Notes: generated by a model from the sequence alone, not told the origin. Numbered from the stretch's first letter, positions 1-10,257 are shown. The stretch: DNA of 50,710 nt from Oligoflexales bacterium (GCA_045106415.1 JBGCEP010000042.1:1-50710); one strand, 5' to 3'. A program made the numbers and translations.

Positions 1-140
1 AAAAAACCTCATAAGATTGTAGCTAATAGCTGCAATAGATCCATATGCACGATTTGCATTTAGTTTTTGACAAGGGTAGTGGTGCAAATCTAGACCATTC
101 TTCAATTCACGGATAAAATTCTCACAATGGCCTCTTTTCC
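1..140 (-). pseudogene. IS1380-family transposase C-terminal fragment, interrupted at 141 and running off the window edge
   Basis: Manual minus-strand translation KRGHCENFIRELKNGLDLHHYPCQKLNANRAYGSIAAISYNLMR aligns with KRGQAENYIKENKYGFDLKHYPCLKLHANKAYGLIGAFAYNYLR of the IS1380 transposase at 46781-47356. Confidence 0.85.
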
Positions 141-213
141 GTAAATCGTCAGTAATCCACACATTTTAATCTTTCATTTTTCTGGCACCATGAAATAATC
201 ACCGATAACTATT

Positions 214-603
214 TTGGGAGTTTTAAAAATGATTGAACATGTTTCATTGCACAAGAAGTTAAGTACCTACATCTCAGACGCTGGACGTCTTAAGAATGTT
301 AGTGATGAAGTTTTGTATGAAGTTCTATCTGCTTGGGAGGAGTGGACAGGTACAGCTAAGGATTTTTATAAATCCATTGGATTTACTCATAGACAGATGG
401 CAAAGCTGGTTGGAAAAGCTAAACAACTTAAAAGAGATGGATACTTTGGCAACGAATCTTTTAAAGAAATCAAGGTAGCTCCAGAGGTTGTTGGAGACTT
501 AGACTTTAATTGTTTTCCTGCAATTGAACTTGTGCAGGAAGGCAAAGTTATTCGTTTCCCTCAAGTCAACCAATTAATAGATTTTTTGCAGAAAGCTAGC
601 TAA
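214..603 (+). CDS. IS66 accessory protein (TnpA/OrfA-like)
   Basis: Small ORF translationally coupled to IS66 tnpB; C-terminal IEL...IRFP resembles IS66 OrfA; real start may be ATG 229. Confidence 0.6.
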   Translation: MGVLKMIEHVSLHKKLSTYISDAGRLKNVSDEVLYEVLSAWEEWTGTAKDFYKSIGFTHRQMAKLVGKAKQLKRDGYFGNESFKEIKVAPEVVGDLDFNCFPAIELVQEGKVIRFPQVNQLIDFLQKAS

Positions 604-953
604 TGATCGCGTTGAATCGTCGAACTAAAGTGTTTGTGTCGAAGGACCCCGCTGATATGCGGGCGTCTTACGACACACTATTTAAGAAGGTCAAAACTAT
701 CCTCGACAAGGATCCATTTTCAGGTCATCTTTTTGTATTTATGAATCGGACTCGAACGTCATGCAAATGTTTATATTTTGATGGGACTGGATTGGTTATT
801 ATCGCTAAACGACTTGAAAATAGTCGATTTGCAAAAATTAACCCGTGCTATAGCGGTGAAATCATCTTGACTCAAGCTGAGTTTACATTGTTGTTTGAGG
901 GAGCTGATCTAAATAAAAGATTCATTGAAAGCCCAACAGTATCTCGAAAGTAA
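603..953 (+). CDS. tnpB: IS66 accessory protein TnpB
   Basis: Motifs DMRASYDTL, DPFSGHLFVFMNR, KCLYFDGTG, KRLE typical of IS66 Orf2. Confidence 0.92.
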   Translation: MIALNRRTKVFVSKDPADMRASYDTLFKKVKTILDKDPFSGHLFVFMNRTRTSCKCLYFDGTGLVIIAKRLENSRFAKINPCYSGEIILTQAEFTLLFEGADLNKRFIESPTVSRK

Positions 954-991
954 TTTGATCAATTCATTCAACTCAGGCATTCTGACGTATA

Positions 992-2136
992 TACTGATCC
1001 GGTTTGAAATTTCCCGTTTTATATAAAGTTATTGCCACGGACAGCGGTTTGCAAGATATTAACAGCGTCGGTCATTTATTGTGAGGTCTGTATGCTGCCA
1101 AATAAATTCCTATCAGAAGATCAACGCCAAGAACTCCTCTCAGAGCTTCGCATCGAGCGTGAACGTAGATTTGCAGATAGAATTCGAGTGATTTTATTGA
1201 TCGACGAAGGCCGTCGTTATAGTGATATTGCCACTTTTCTTTTTCTTGATGAGAAGACGATCCGCAATTGGAAGCGTCGATATGAAGAAGGAGGAGTTGA
1301 AAAACTTGTCAATGACGGCTATATGGGGCGCGCAAGCCTTTTGGATGATGAGCAAATCAAGCTTCTCGGAGAACATCTTTCAACGCGGATATTTACCACA
1401 ACTCGTCAAATTGTCATTTTTGTAAAATCAGAATTTGGAGTTTATTATACGATTGGTGGAATGACGAGTTTGTTGCATCGCTTAGGTTTCTCTTATAAGA
1501 AAGCAAAAGGTGTTCCAGCAAAAGCTGATGCGACCGCGCAACAAAATTTTGTTAAAGAGTATCAAAAAGTGAAGAAAAAAGGCCTTGTTTACTTCGCTGA
1601 CTCAACGCATCCGACTTTACAATCAGTTTTATCATATGGCTGGATAAAAACTGGAGAAGATTTTGAAGTCAAAACATCTTCAGGACGTCAGCGCATCAAT
1701 ATCAACGGGGCTATTGAACTGACAAGGCAAGATGTTATCACAAGAACTTGTCAGACTGTTAATCAGCAGTCTATGTGTGATTTGCTGCGCGCTATACGCA
1801 AGAAAAATTCTGAGGAAAAAAAGATTTTCCTTGTATTGGATAATGCCGCTTATAATAAGGCATTATCTGTACGTGAATTGGGTCGTCATCTCAATATTGA
1901 AATCTTATATTTACCCCCATATTCTCCAAACCTGAATCCTATTGAAAGGCTATGGAAGTTTATGAAAAAAGAGACCATGGCAAATCAATATTATGATTCT
2001 CTAGAGAGCTTTAAGAAATCTGTTGCCAGTTTTTTCAGGGGTATCAAAAAACATAAAAATCGATTGGAATCATTATTAACTGATAATTTCCAAATCATGG
2101 GTGCTTAAGACCGGGAAATTTCAAACCGGATCAGTA
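992..2136 (+). mobile_element. IS630-family insertion sequence, intact
   Basis: Perfect terminal inverted repeat TACTGATCCGGTTTGAAATTTCCCG (992-1016 / 2112-2136) with TA duplication at 990-991 and 2137-2138. Confidence 0.95.
1092..2108 (+). CDS. tnp: IS630-family DDE transposase
   Basis: N-terminal HTH, FADS, LVLDNAAY, LYLPPYSPNLNPIERLW motifs; ATG 1092 preceded by GAGG. Confidence 0.95.
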   Translation: MLPNKFLSEDQRQELLSELRIERERRFADRIRVILLIDEGRRYSDIATFLFLDEKTIRNWKRRYEEGGVEKLVNDGYMGRASLLDDEQIKLLGEHLSTRIFTTTRQIVIFVKSEFGVYYTIGGMTSLLHRLGFSYKKAKGVPAKADATAQQNFVKEYQKVKKKGLVYFADSTHPTLQSVLSYGWIKTGEDFEVKTSSGRQRININGAIELTRQDVITRTCQTVNQQSMCDLLRAIRKKNSEEKKIFLVLDNAAYNKALSVRELGRHLNIEILYLPPYSPNLNPIERLWKFMKKETMANQYYDSLESFKKSVASFFRGIKKHKNRLESLLTDNFQIMGA

Positions 2137-2169
2137 TAGATAATAAATATCAGACGCAGAATTTGAAAT

Positions 2170-3045
2170 CATTAATATGATTTTTCTTCGTAGATCAATT
2201 AGACTTGTCACTAAGACTTGCGTCTATCCATCAAGCTCAGTGGAAGTTTCATTGATGTTCAGCGTCATCTACTTTCCATACACTGGCCCAAGGTACCCTC
2301 CATAAACTAACGTGTCACCTTACTGGGTTTGTGGTTGTATTGCTATTGAGGGGCTTGAATACATTGCTACTTGATGGAAACAGCCTATCCACAACAACAA
2401 TCTGACAAATTTTTTACTTTATTTTATATAACAGCTGACGCTCAAACTCTTTAAATCGCATTCTGCAATCGCTCGATAAATCTTTCGAGTTCTTAAACCT
2501 CCTTCTCATATAAAGATATTCAATACCAATCGTTTGAAAATAATTGCGCACATCACGTGTAAATTGATGCAAAAAGTTATGCTTCAAATAAGCTGTCCAA
2601 GTATGACGCCTTGTAGGGCGGATTTGTGCTCGGTTGCAATTTTTTAAGTCTTTTTTTGGACTCGAAGCTCTCTGCATTCTTCGTATTTTTACTGGTAGTA
2701 ACGATCTGCTCTTGGGCAGAGATCTTTTTATAAGTCGATAACATTGCAAGGTGATGGGTATCTAGCCCCACATCAACACTCTGTGGTTTTTGGGAAACAG
2801 TTTGGAGATAGCCCTCAATTCAATATGAATGCTGATGTACCAACGCCTTGCATATAACCTGATCACAGCAAATTTAGTTTGCCTCTCAAAACGAATAGCT
2901 TCGCGCATGCGCACTCAATCAAATTGAAGTATTTTCACTCAAAAGAAGCACGTTTCACAAACATTTCAGTTATTGTTTTTCAGAGTCTTGTATATACGCT
3001 CAATGGAAATTGCCAAACGTTTAAAAAATTCTTTGCAGAACCGTC
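2170..3045 (-). pseudogene. tnpB: Decayed IS200/IS605/IS607-type TnpB (RNA-guided nuclease) remnant
   Basis: Frameshifted minus-strand pieces RMREAIRF..RRWYISIHIE, VDVGLDTHHLAMLST, HNFLHQFT..TIGIEYL..FKEFERQLLYK, IVVVDRLFPSS match TnpB motifs in order; boundaries approximate. Confidence 0.8.
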
Positions 3046-3097
3046 ATGAGCAGATATGAATAAGTGTTTCGTCACTTGCTGCAGCTAGCCTCAAACA

Positions 3098-4729
3098 TTA
3101 TGACGCCTTTGGTGCCTCTAATAATATTTTCAACCAGCGACCGTAAGCAGCAATTCCCATTGCAGAAATAGCACCAACAACAGCCATAATATACCAAACA
3201 AAACCTATATTGTGGCTCATATACAGTTGATGAGTTAAATCATTCGCAGCTTCACCGGTCAGCGCTACCAACCACTCAAACCCCTCTCCTTGTGGAATTA
3301 AAGCCACCATTTCTTCTGGAGTTTTTTGAAGCATCCCTGTTAAGAGTGCGGGATCTTGATTTAAAGATTCACTCAAAAAAGAGATGTTCTCACTGGAAAA
3401 ACCTGAAAGGTGGCCATTCGTAAATTTTTCCTCAATCAGTTCACGAGAAAATCTTTCTTTAGAAGAATAGTGGTCATAGAGCATTGGACCCAGTTTACCC
3501 TCAAGCGTCCAACCTATTGCTAGAGGGATTTGAGAGAAACCTAAATACATTGCTTTTTTGTCTTGAGGGGCAAAATTCCCCATAAATTCACTAAATTTTG
3601 GACTTGAAAGCATTTCTCCAAAGCTAAAAATTGCAATCCCTAGGAGACATGCCCAACCAGTATTGGTACTCCCAAAAACTAATAAAGCACATACAGAAAG
3701 TAAAGTCCCAATGACCATGCTTGTCGTGGCTCTCATATGACCACTGAAATATGCAACGATAAAGCATGTCAGCATAATCATACCTGCGTTAAAGTTCAGC
3801 ATCCCTTCTGGCTGAATAGATGTTCCTGTTTCATCCATCACAACAAAAAAATTAATCCATGGATTTTCTGAGGCACCACTTGGAAAAAAAGTGCGTACAA
3901 TATCCTCTGTATTAACCCATTCATCAATATGCACAGGTAAGACATCAAATAGAGCATTAAACATAAACCAAAATCCAGAAAATACGGCAAGGTATGACCA
4001 AACATGAGGCTTTGAAAGTTCATGAATAGATTCTTGCCACAAACTTTTTTGATCAACATCTGTGCTTAATCTCTGCAGGCGTTCCTCTTTGCCAACTTCT
4101 GTATAACAAAGCAATAAAATAAAATTCAGGCTGATCAATCCCGCGCAGGCATAAAAAACATAGGACCACTCCATCTTACGAAGAAGCCCTGCAACTAGAG
4201 GACCTAAGAAGCCCCCTATATTGACAGTTTGATAAAAAATGCCCCATGCAACCGAGCTATTTTGGAGATTCGTGGCTTTTACCAAAGTCCCTTGAATCCC
4301 AGGTTTAAAAATGGCTGTGCCAGCAGCTAACAAAATAGCACCTGCAAAGAATCCGTAGTAGCTCGGATACCAAGCCATTACAAGATACCCCATAATTTTC
4401 ACAATGGTTGAGCAAAAAATCGTTTCTTTATAACCATAGCGATCAGACAGGCCACCTGTAAAAACTGGCAGTATAGATTGGATCAAAGCCCAGACCATTA
4501 GGATATTGCCGAATTCAGAAAGAGAGACACCAAGGCCGCCTTCTGACACCGGATCTTTAGCATAAAGAGCTGCAACTGTTTTTACGCCATAAAATGCAAG
4601 TCTTTCAACCATTTCCATGGCACCAACAACCCAAAATACGTAGCTCAGACTTGCAATAGCAGCATACAGTCCCAATTGTTCTTGGTGCTTCAGTCCATCA
4701 CAATTTTTTGTACCTTCAGATAAAGACAT
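3098..4729 (-). CDS. MFS transporter, POT/PTR-like
   Basis: EMVERLAFYG (ExxERFxYYG-like), GGLSDRYGYK MFS motif A, GIFYQTVNIGGFLGP PTR signature, multiple TM helices. Confidence 0.85.
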   Translation of the reverse strand: MSLSEGTKNCDGLKHQEQLGLYAAIASLSYVFWVVGAMEMVERLAFYGVKTVAALYAKDPVSEGGLGVSLSEFGNILMVWALIQSILPVFTGGLSDRYGYKETIFCSTIVKIMGYLVMAWYPSYYGFFAGAILLAAGTAIFKPGIQGTLVKATNLQNSSVAWGIFYQTVNIGGFLGPLVAGLLRKMEWSYVFYACAGLISLNFILLLCYTEVGKEERLQRLSTDVDQKSLWQESIHELSKPHVWSYLAVFSGFWFMFNALFDVLPVHIDEWVNTEDIVRTFFPSGASENPWINFFVVMDETGTSIQPEGMLNFNAGMIMLTCFIVAYFSGHMRATTSMVIGTLLSVCALLVFGSTNTGWACLLGIAIFSFGEMLSSPKFSEFMGNFAPQDKKAMYLGFSQIPLAIGWTLEGKLGPMLYDHYSSKERFSRELIEEKFTNGHLSGFSSENISFLSESLNQDPALLTGMLQKTPEEMVALIPQGEGFEWLVALTGEAANDLTHQLYMSHNIGFVWYIMAVVGAISAMGIAAYGRWLKILLEAPKAS

Positions 4730-4891
4730 GAAAACCTCACAATAAAACGCATATCTCGAAAATATAGCCCTTATATCAAAAAAATAAAAGCATTAATAAA
4801 AAATGCTCATTTAATCGTTGTTTTTTATAAATTATAGAATCATGATATCTGAATAGAGAACAAGGCGAAGCATTGAAAAAAGTGAAACGCT

Positions 4892-6259
4892 ATGATGAAA
4901 CCAGTATTTTGCAGGAATATGAATTTCCAGTTTTTAATTTTTATTTTCAGCGTCTTAATGATCTCGTTGATAGCTCATTCCTCACCCCAAAAACCTCTAC
5001 CACTGTGCAAAATTTCACAAAAAAATCTCAAAGACATTTCAATATTATCTGAGTTCATTCAAAAACCTGATGTTAAAAAAAAATCATCAATATCAAAAAT
5101 TTTCTTATCCTTAATGAAAGATATAAGTAGTGAATTAAATTTTAATAAAAACCTTCATCATTGCCAATCTCACAATCGCATTTTTTTTCAATCACTTCAC
5201 TCTGGTTTTTTAGACTCTTTATTTGAATTTTCTTTTAAACATTCGAAAGATTATAGCCATCTCAATAAAAAGATTGAAAACCTCATTCATTTTGTTGGCA
5301 AGAATGGTTCTCCACTTCAAACTGAAAAACTTTCTATACCTGAACTTCGCACCTTAGAAAGTCTCATCTCTTTTCACAGAACTTTTGAAAATTTCCAGAT
5401 ATGGTTTTCTGCTAAGAAAGATTATGATTCTTCCACCTTGAAAATTTTAAATTCTTTATCAAAAGCAAAATACTTACACCAAAGAATACTAGAGCCTCTT
5501 CAAAGGCAGCCTCAACAAAAACAATTTCTGTGGATTGCTTATGATTTCAAAAAAGATTTTTCATATCGACGATATCATCGCCATTTGATTCAAATTATTC
5601 ATCCTTTTGCTAAAATATTTGGATTTCAAATTGAACACATTTCCCTTTCTTTCCCGCGTCAAAATCATATTTATGAAACTCATATGTGGGGTCATCCTTC
5701 AGTCTTTAAAATTTCTAAAAAACCAATTATAAGTTATCTTTATTCTTCATTTCGGCTCAACTATAAAAAAATGTTTTCACCTCACAATTATCTTAAAAAT
5801 CTAGAAAAAATACATTCTCTTTATGGTGAGCGTTGGGAAGAACATATTGATAGTAGTATGATAGAAATCATCAACGACTATTTTGCAGAACCTACTGACT
5901 TTTCTAAGTTATACAATTCTAGATTACGACGTCTGAAAATGATATTAAATCACCATATCCATTATAGAAAAACTAAACTGTCAAAACAATTTCGTTTTTC
6001 TCAATCAGGTAAAACAACTTGCTCAGAATTTACTATGAAAGTAATATTGCAGTCGCTTCAATTATTAAATAAAAAAATTCAAATTGACTGGGAAAAAAGC
6101 GGATATTCAGGCAACCATCCCAGCTTAAGTATCAACCTTACTTCATACAGCAAAATTAAAAATTTATCTCCACAAAGCATCACAAAAAAAATGATCAAAC
6201 AAGGAATAATAACAGAAATTCCTATATCTAAAATCGCAGAGAAATTTATTCGTCTTTAA
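4892..6259 (+). CDS. Exported hypothetical protein with a possible permuted papain-like (NlpC/P60, YiiX/YaeF-type) catalytic domain
   Basis: N-terminal hydrophobic signal; His in EHISL precedes Cys in TTCSEF, followed by LSPQSI; very AT-rich. Confidence 0.45.
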   Translation: MMKPVFCRNMNFQFLIFIFSVLMISLIAHSSPQKPLPLCKISQKNLKDISILSEFIQKPDVKKKSSISKIFLSLMKDISSELNFNKNLHHCQSHNRIFFQSLHSGFLDSLFEFSFKHSKDYSHLNKKIENLIHFVGKNGSPLQTEKLSIPELRTLESLISFHRTFENFQIWFSAKKDYDSSTLKILNSLSKAKYLHQRILEPLQRQPQQKQFLWIAYDFKKDFSYRRYHRHLIQIIHPFAKIFGFQIEHISLSFPRQNHIYETHMWGHPSVFKISKKPIISYLYSSFRLNYKKMFSPHNYLKNLEKIHSLYGERWEEHIDSSMIEIINDYFAEPTDFSKLYNSRLRRLKMILNHHIHYRKTKLSKQFRFSQSGKTTCSEFTMKVILQSLQLLNKKIQIDWEKSGYSGNHPSLSINLTSYSKIKNLSPQSITKKMIKQGIITEIPISKIAEKFIRL

Positions 6260-6287
6260 AACCAATAAACGATCTTGTATAGAAATA

Positions 6288-6427
6288 TCTCGGTAATGCG
6301 GGCCGTCAAAGCCTTAACTTGCTCTTGTAACACTTGGATTATGTAATCTTTTTCGTCCATGAGGACGACTCTGCCATAAAATCAAAAATTTTTCTCTATA
6401 AGATTAGTTGGCTACCTGGGTAGTCAC
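6288..6427 (-). pseudogene. 5' remnant of an IS66 (ISBst12-group-like) element
   Basis: Terminus GTGACTACCCAGGTAGCC, then ATG 6360 MDEKDYIIQVLQEQVKALTARITE (coiled-coil start of an IS66 transposase). Confidence 0.5.
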
Positions 6428-6499
6428 TAAAAACCATAATATAGCATCAAGTATGTCGCGAAGAGGGAACTGTTATGATAACTCGTATATTGAGTTTTG

Positions 6500-6691
6500 G
6501 TTTGGTAGACCTCGTCTACAGAAGGTCATTCTCCACTGAGGGAGAATTGAGAAATGCTGTATTTGAATATATTGAGGCTTGGTACAACAAGAAGAGAAAG
6601 CGTTCTTCCTTAGGGCATGTAAGCCCTAAGCAATTTAAAGCATCAGATCAATCCGCTTTATAAAAAGTGTCAACTTTTTTGGGGAATTCCA
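6500..6691 (+). pseudogene. 3' remnant of an IS3-family element
   Basis: VFEYIEAWYNKKRKRSSLGHVSP is the IS3 integrase C-terminus; right end GTGTCAACTTTTTTGGGGAATTCCA ends in CA at 6691. Confidence 0.85.
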
Positions 6692-6719
6692 ATCCAACCT
6701 TGTTAGCAACAGAAATAAT

Positions 6720-6995
6720 TAGGTTTTTAGTGTGCTGTTGTCAGCCCTATTTCTCTTTAATCTTATCCTCGCTGCCTCAAAAAGATAGGATTGACATTAA
6801 CAATGATATTGGAGTTGTCACCATTGTGGCATGATCATGACCATGCCATAACGCTGCTGTCAATCTTAGGAGTGAGGATGTGAGTTGCACGGTGACAGCC
6901 AATAGTGAGGTAGGCCTTGTTGGGCAGGAAGTTGACTCAAATTTATCCATAATGGATAAATTTGATTAAGTCTATTTTGTAAAAGAGATCAGTAT
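6720..6995 (+). pseudogene. tnpB: TnpB C-terminal remnant with 3' hairpin
   Basis: WSCHHCG (6810), frameshifted NAAVNL..VSCTVTA..QE (6850 onward); 14-bp-arm palindrome at 6937-6965. Confidence 0.65.
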
Positions 6996-7164
6996 ATATT
7001 GAAAAACTGAACGAAATAAGAGAGTGAAAAATTGGCTTTCTTTGTTGTTTTTCTTGAGGTGTGGAAATATTTTAAGTTTTTTTAGACTATTGCAAAAAAT
7101 GTAATAAGAAGTTCAAATTCTTTTTTTTATTTCCGATTACCTTTCTAGGTTCTCACAGAGTGGA

Positions 7165-9102
7165 TTGATGATGCTACAGCCGAAACATACGATTTTTTAT
7201 TTGTCCTTGCTCATGGCTTCCTGCTCTTATATGAAAAAAAGAGAGAATATACAGGAGCTTTCAGAGAATCCAAGTTCACAAGATTCGACGAACGCTTATA
7301 TAGAAGTTTCTCACCCTGTCGTGCCAGCTGTGACTAACTCGTCGGATGCTGATGTGATTCCTCAAAAGGTTGATGATAGCCTAAAGCCTATCGTAACTGT
7401 TGTTCTTGAGGAGGAGGACTCTATTGCTGAAGGTCAACAGACTTTAGAGCAAAAAGCTTTACTTATTCTAGAAGGTTCTTGTGCATCTTGCCACACAGCT
7501 CAATCAGATGGTGGATTTGCCTCTGTTTTGGATGTGCAAAAAATGCTGGAACAAGGATATGTGGTCGCTGGGTCTCCAGAAACATCCTCTGTTTATATAA
7601 GAACAAACCCTGAAGCAGCGGGAACGATGCCCATAGGGTCAGGGCTTTTGCCAGAACAAAGAGAGCTTTTACATCAGTGGATATTAGAACTAAAAGTTGC
7701 TGAAAAGGTTGTGGAAAATATTTCTTGGAGCTCAGTCCATGCTCTCGCTCAAGATGATTTAGAGAATAATGTTTCTCCAGCGCAAAGAGATCAAACGCGT
7801 TATGTATCGTTTCATCATCTTAATGAAGTAGGGTCTTCAGATATAAAAAAACAGAGGTCCTTTGATGCTTTAGTGCGGACTCTGAACAGTGTTTCAAAGT
7901 CTTCGCAGGTGATAAAGCCTATTGTCGTAGATGCGACACATGGTCTTTATCGATTTTTTTTGAGTGATATTGGTCTGTCTCAAGAGCTATACCGTGCGAC
8001 TTATGAGAACTATAATCCATTTCAATTCTTTGACTCTCAAGATGATGCAGGGATTTTTTTAAGAAATGAAATAGGTCCAGATGCGGTTGTGAGAGGGGAT
8101 TGGCTTATTTCAACGGCATTGCTACCCCCTATTTACAAGCTGTGGCTTGACCTCCCTGACTCGCTTCAAGAACTTAAGGCCAATCTAGGTATTGGTTCTG
8201 AAAGCTTTTTGGAAAAACCGACCTTGGTAAGAGCAGGATTTGTGGACTCTCGCGTTTCGACACAAAATAGAGTCATTCAAAGAGAACAAACTTCGGATGG
8301 TCGATTTTTTTGGGAAAGTTTCGATTTTTTAGAAAATACTGGTTTACAAAATGTTTTGCTTAAACCTCTTGGCCCAATCACTGAAAACCCTGAAGGATCG
8401 GCTTTTGAGCAAGACGGTGGAGAAATGATCTTTGAGCTACCCAATGGATTTATGGGTTTTTACCTTAGTGATGGGGTTGGGAATTACCTTGAAAAAGGCC
8501 CCAAACCAGTGGTGCTCAATGAAGAAGGTCCCGAAGGTTTTGATCAAAATATTCTTAATGGTTTTTCTTGTATGGACTGTCATAGAGCTGGGTTAATCCC
8601 GCATACAGATCAAGTTCGTAATTATGCTGGAGACGGCGGATTTTCTGCTGAAGAAGTGGCCCAAATCTTAGCATACTACCCAGAAAACTCTGTTGTAGAA
8701 TCTTATATAAAAGGCGATTCCGATCGTTATCAAAAAGCGATTGAAGACTCTGGTAATCAAACTCCACTGGTTGAGGATGTGATTCGTGAAGTTTATAAAG
8801 AATATCGTGCTGAGGTGAGTTTGTCGCAAGCAGCTTTAGAACTTGATGTCAGTGAAGAAATGTTAAAGTTACTTTTGATTAATAGTGAAACTTTTCGTGA
8901 CGAGTGGTCAGGATTTTTAATCGGAGAGACTATTGTAAGGTCTCAATTTAATAAGCTTTTTGGGAGCGCTAAAAGGATTTACGATTCCCAGGTTTTTATA
9001 CCGTTTGAAGGGGACTTATCTATTGACACAGAGTGCATGCAAGGAGCAGGAAGCATTCTTGATCTTTGTGTGAATGAAACAGTCAACGTCGACCTAGAGT
9101 GA
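7165..9102 (+). CDS. Diheme c-type cytochrome lipoprotein (planctomycete cytochrome c-like N-domain)
   Basis: Lipobox LMASC; heme motifs CASCH and CMDCH; GSPETS...MP...LLHQWI pattern. Confidence 0.85.
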   Translation: MMMLQPKHTIFYLSLLMASCSYMKKRENIQELSENPSSQDSTNAYIEVSHPVVPAVTNSSDADVIPQKVDDSLKPIVTVVLEEEDSIAEGQQTLEQKALLILEGSCASCHTAQSDGGFASVLDVQKMLEQGYVVAGSPETSSVYIRTNPEAAGTMPIGSGLLPEQRELLHQWILELKVAEKVVENISWSSVHALAQDDLENNVSPAQRDQTRYVSFHHLNEVGSSDIKKQRSFDALVRTLNSVSKSSQVIKPIVVDATHGLYRFFLSDIGLSQELYRATYENYNPFQFFDSQDDAGIFLRNEIGPDAVVRGDWLISTALLPPIYKLWLDLPDSLQELKANLGIGSESFLEKPTLVRAGFVDSRVSTQNRVIQREQTSDGRFFWESFDFLENTGLQNVLLKPLGPITENPEGSAFEQDGGEMIFELPNGFMGFYLSDGVGNYLEKGPKPVVLNEEGPEGFDQNILNGFSCMDCHRAGLIPHTDQVRNYAGDGGFSAEEVAQILAYYPENSVVESYIKGDSDRYQKAIEDSGNQTPLVEDVIREVYKEYRAEVSLSQAALELDVSEEMLKLLLINSETFRDEWSGFLIGETIVRSQFNKLFGSAKRIYDSQVFIPFEGDLSIDTECMQGAGSILDLCVNETVNVDLE

Positions 9103-9194
9103 GAAATTTTCGCATCGTGATGAATCAAGACAAATATTTTTGAAATAAAAATGTATAATGCTTGCTCGTGTGTTCTTAGGGTGAGATATCTGCA

Positions 9195-10229
9195 ATGTTT
9201 TTGAAAAGTCCTGTTATAAAATTTTTAGGAAGTGTGTTCTTTTTTTGTTTTTTATCGACGCCAGTACATGCGAAGTATATCCGAGTTTTTAATAGCGATG
9301 GTATAGGTGGAGGAAAAGTTCATCATACTTCATTATTACGCTCTTTGATTCCTTGCTCTGAAAATTTATTAAGTTTAAAAGTTCGTCTTTTTCTATCAAA
9401 GATAGTTACTGATCGCTTTACGGTTTTTTCTGGCGCTAAAGTTGATGAGAATGTTTTTTTAGGTAACAAAGTTCTTATACAGTCTGATGCCAAAGTTGGG
9501 GCAGGTTCATATATTGGTGATAGGTCAATGGTGGGTGAACGTGTTGCTATTAATAAAATGGTGACATTAGGTGTTGGTGTGACGTTAAAAGAAGATGTTC
9601 TTTTAGATGCATATGTAAAGGTTGGTGATGACTCTGTGGTACATGGAGGATCACACCTTTATCCACAGGTTTTTTTAGGTCGTGATGTTTGTGTTGGGTT
9701 TTCAAGTCAAATTCATTCTGGATCTATGATGCTTGACCATAGTTGTTTAGGGTTTTATTCGGTTATAAAAAAACAAACAGTAGTTGAAACTCGTGCAAAA
9801 ATTCATGATATGGCAACCTTAGGCGCGTATAACTATATTGGAGAGGGTGCTTATCTTGGTTTGAGTGTAAAAACCGGTGAAGCAACTCGTTTTGAACCTA
9901 ACGTGATCATAGCAAATGGTGTGATTGTAGGTGAACACGTATTGATAGGTTCTTCTGCTAAAATTGAACACCAAGCAAAAATTAAGGGATATTCAACTGT
10001 GGGGCCGGGAGCAATTGTTGATGCTTTTAAAAAAGTTCGCAAAGGATCTGTGGTGAATGTTGAACAACAACTAGATGTAGAAAATTTTTCAAATTATAGT
10101 AATGATGAAAAAGAGCAGGCGGAAAGATCTAAATTTCTCGGTCACTCGAGTCGTTATTCTTCTTATGCCAGCACAGCGGCGGGCTCATATTATAACTTGC
10201 AGAAAAGTGAAACTGAAGTTGAGTTTTGA
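9195..10229 (+). CDS. Exported left-handed beta-helix (hexapeptide repeat) protein
   Basis: Signal peptide ending VHA; about 200 aa of [VIL]Gxxxx hexapeptide repeats. Confidence 0.85.
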   Translation: MFLKSPVIKFLGSVFFFCFLSTPVHAKYIRVFNSDGIGGGKVHHTSLLRSLIPCSENLLSLKVRLFLSKIVTDRFTVFSGAKVDENVFLGNKVLIQSDAKVGAGSYIGDRSMVGERVAINKMVTLGVGVTLKEDVLLDAYVKVGDDSVVHGGSHLYPQVFLGRDVCVGFSSQIHSGSMMLDHSCLGFYSVIKKQTVVETRAKIHDMATLGAYNYIGEGAYLGLSVKTGEATRFEPNVIIANGVIVGEHVLIGSSAKIEHQAKIKGYSTVGPGAIVDAFKKVRKGSVVNVEQQLDVENFSNYSNDEKEQAERSKFLGHSSRYSSYASTAAGSYYNLQKSETEVEF

Positions 10230-10257
10230 TCTGTGTGGATCTGAGAATATTTTGATT

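Larger units (their letters stand above)
141..989 (+). mobile_element. Truncated IS66-family element (left end, tnpA-like and tnpB; tnpC missing)
   Basis: Begins GTAAATCGTC, an IS66-type GTAA terminus, where the IS1380 similarity stops; carries two coupled ORFs (TAATG overlap at 601-605); cut by IS630 at 990. Confidence 0.75.
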
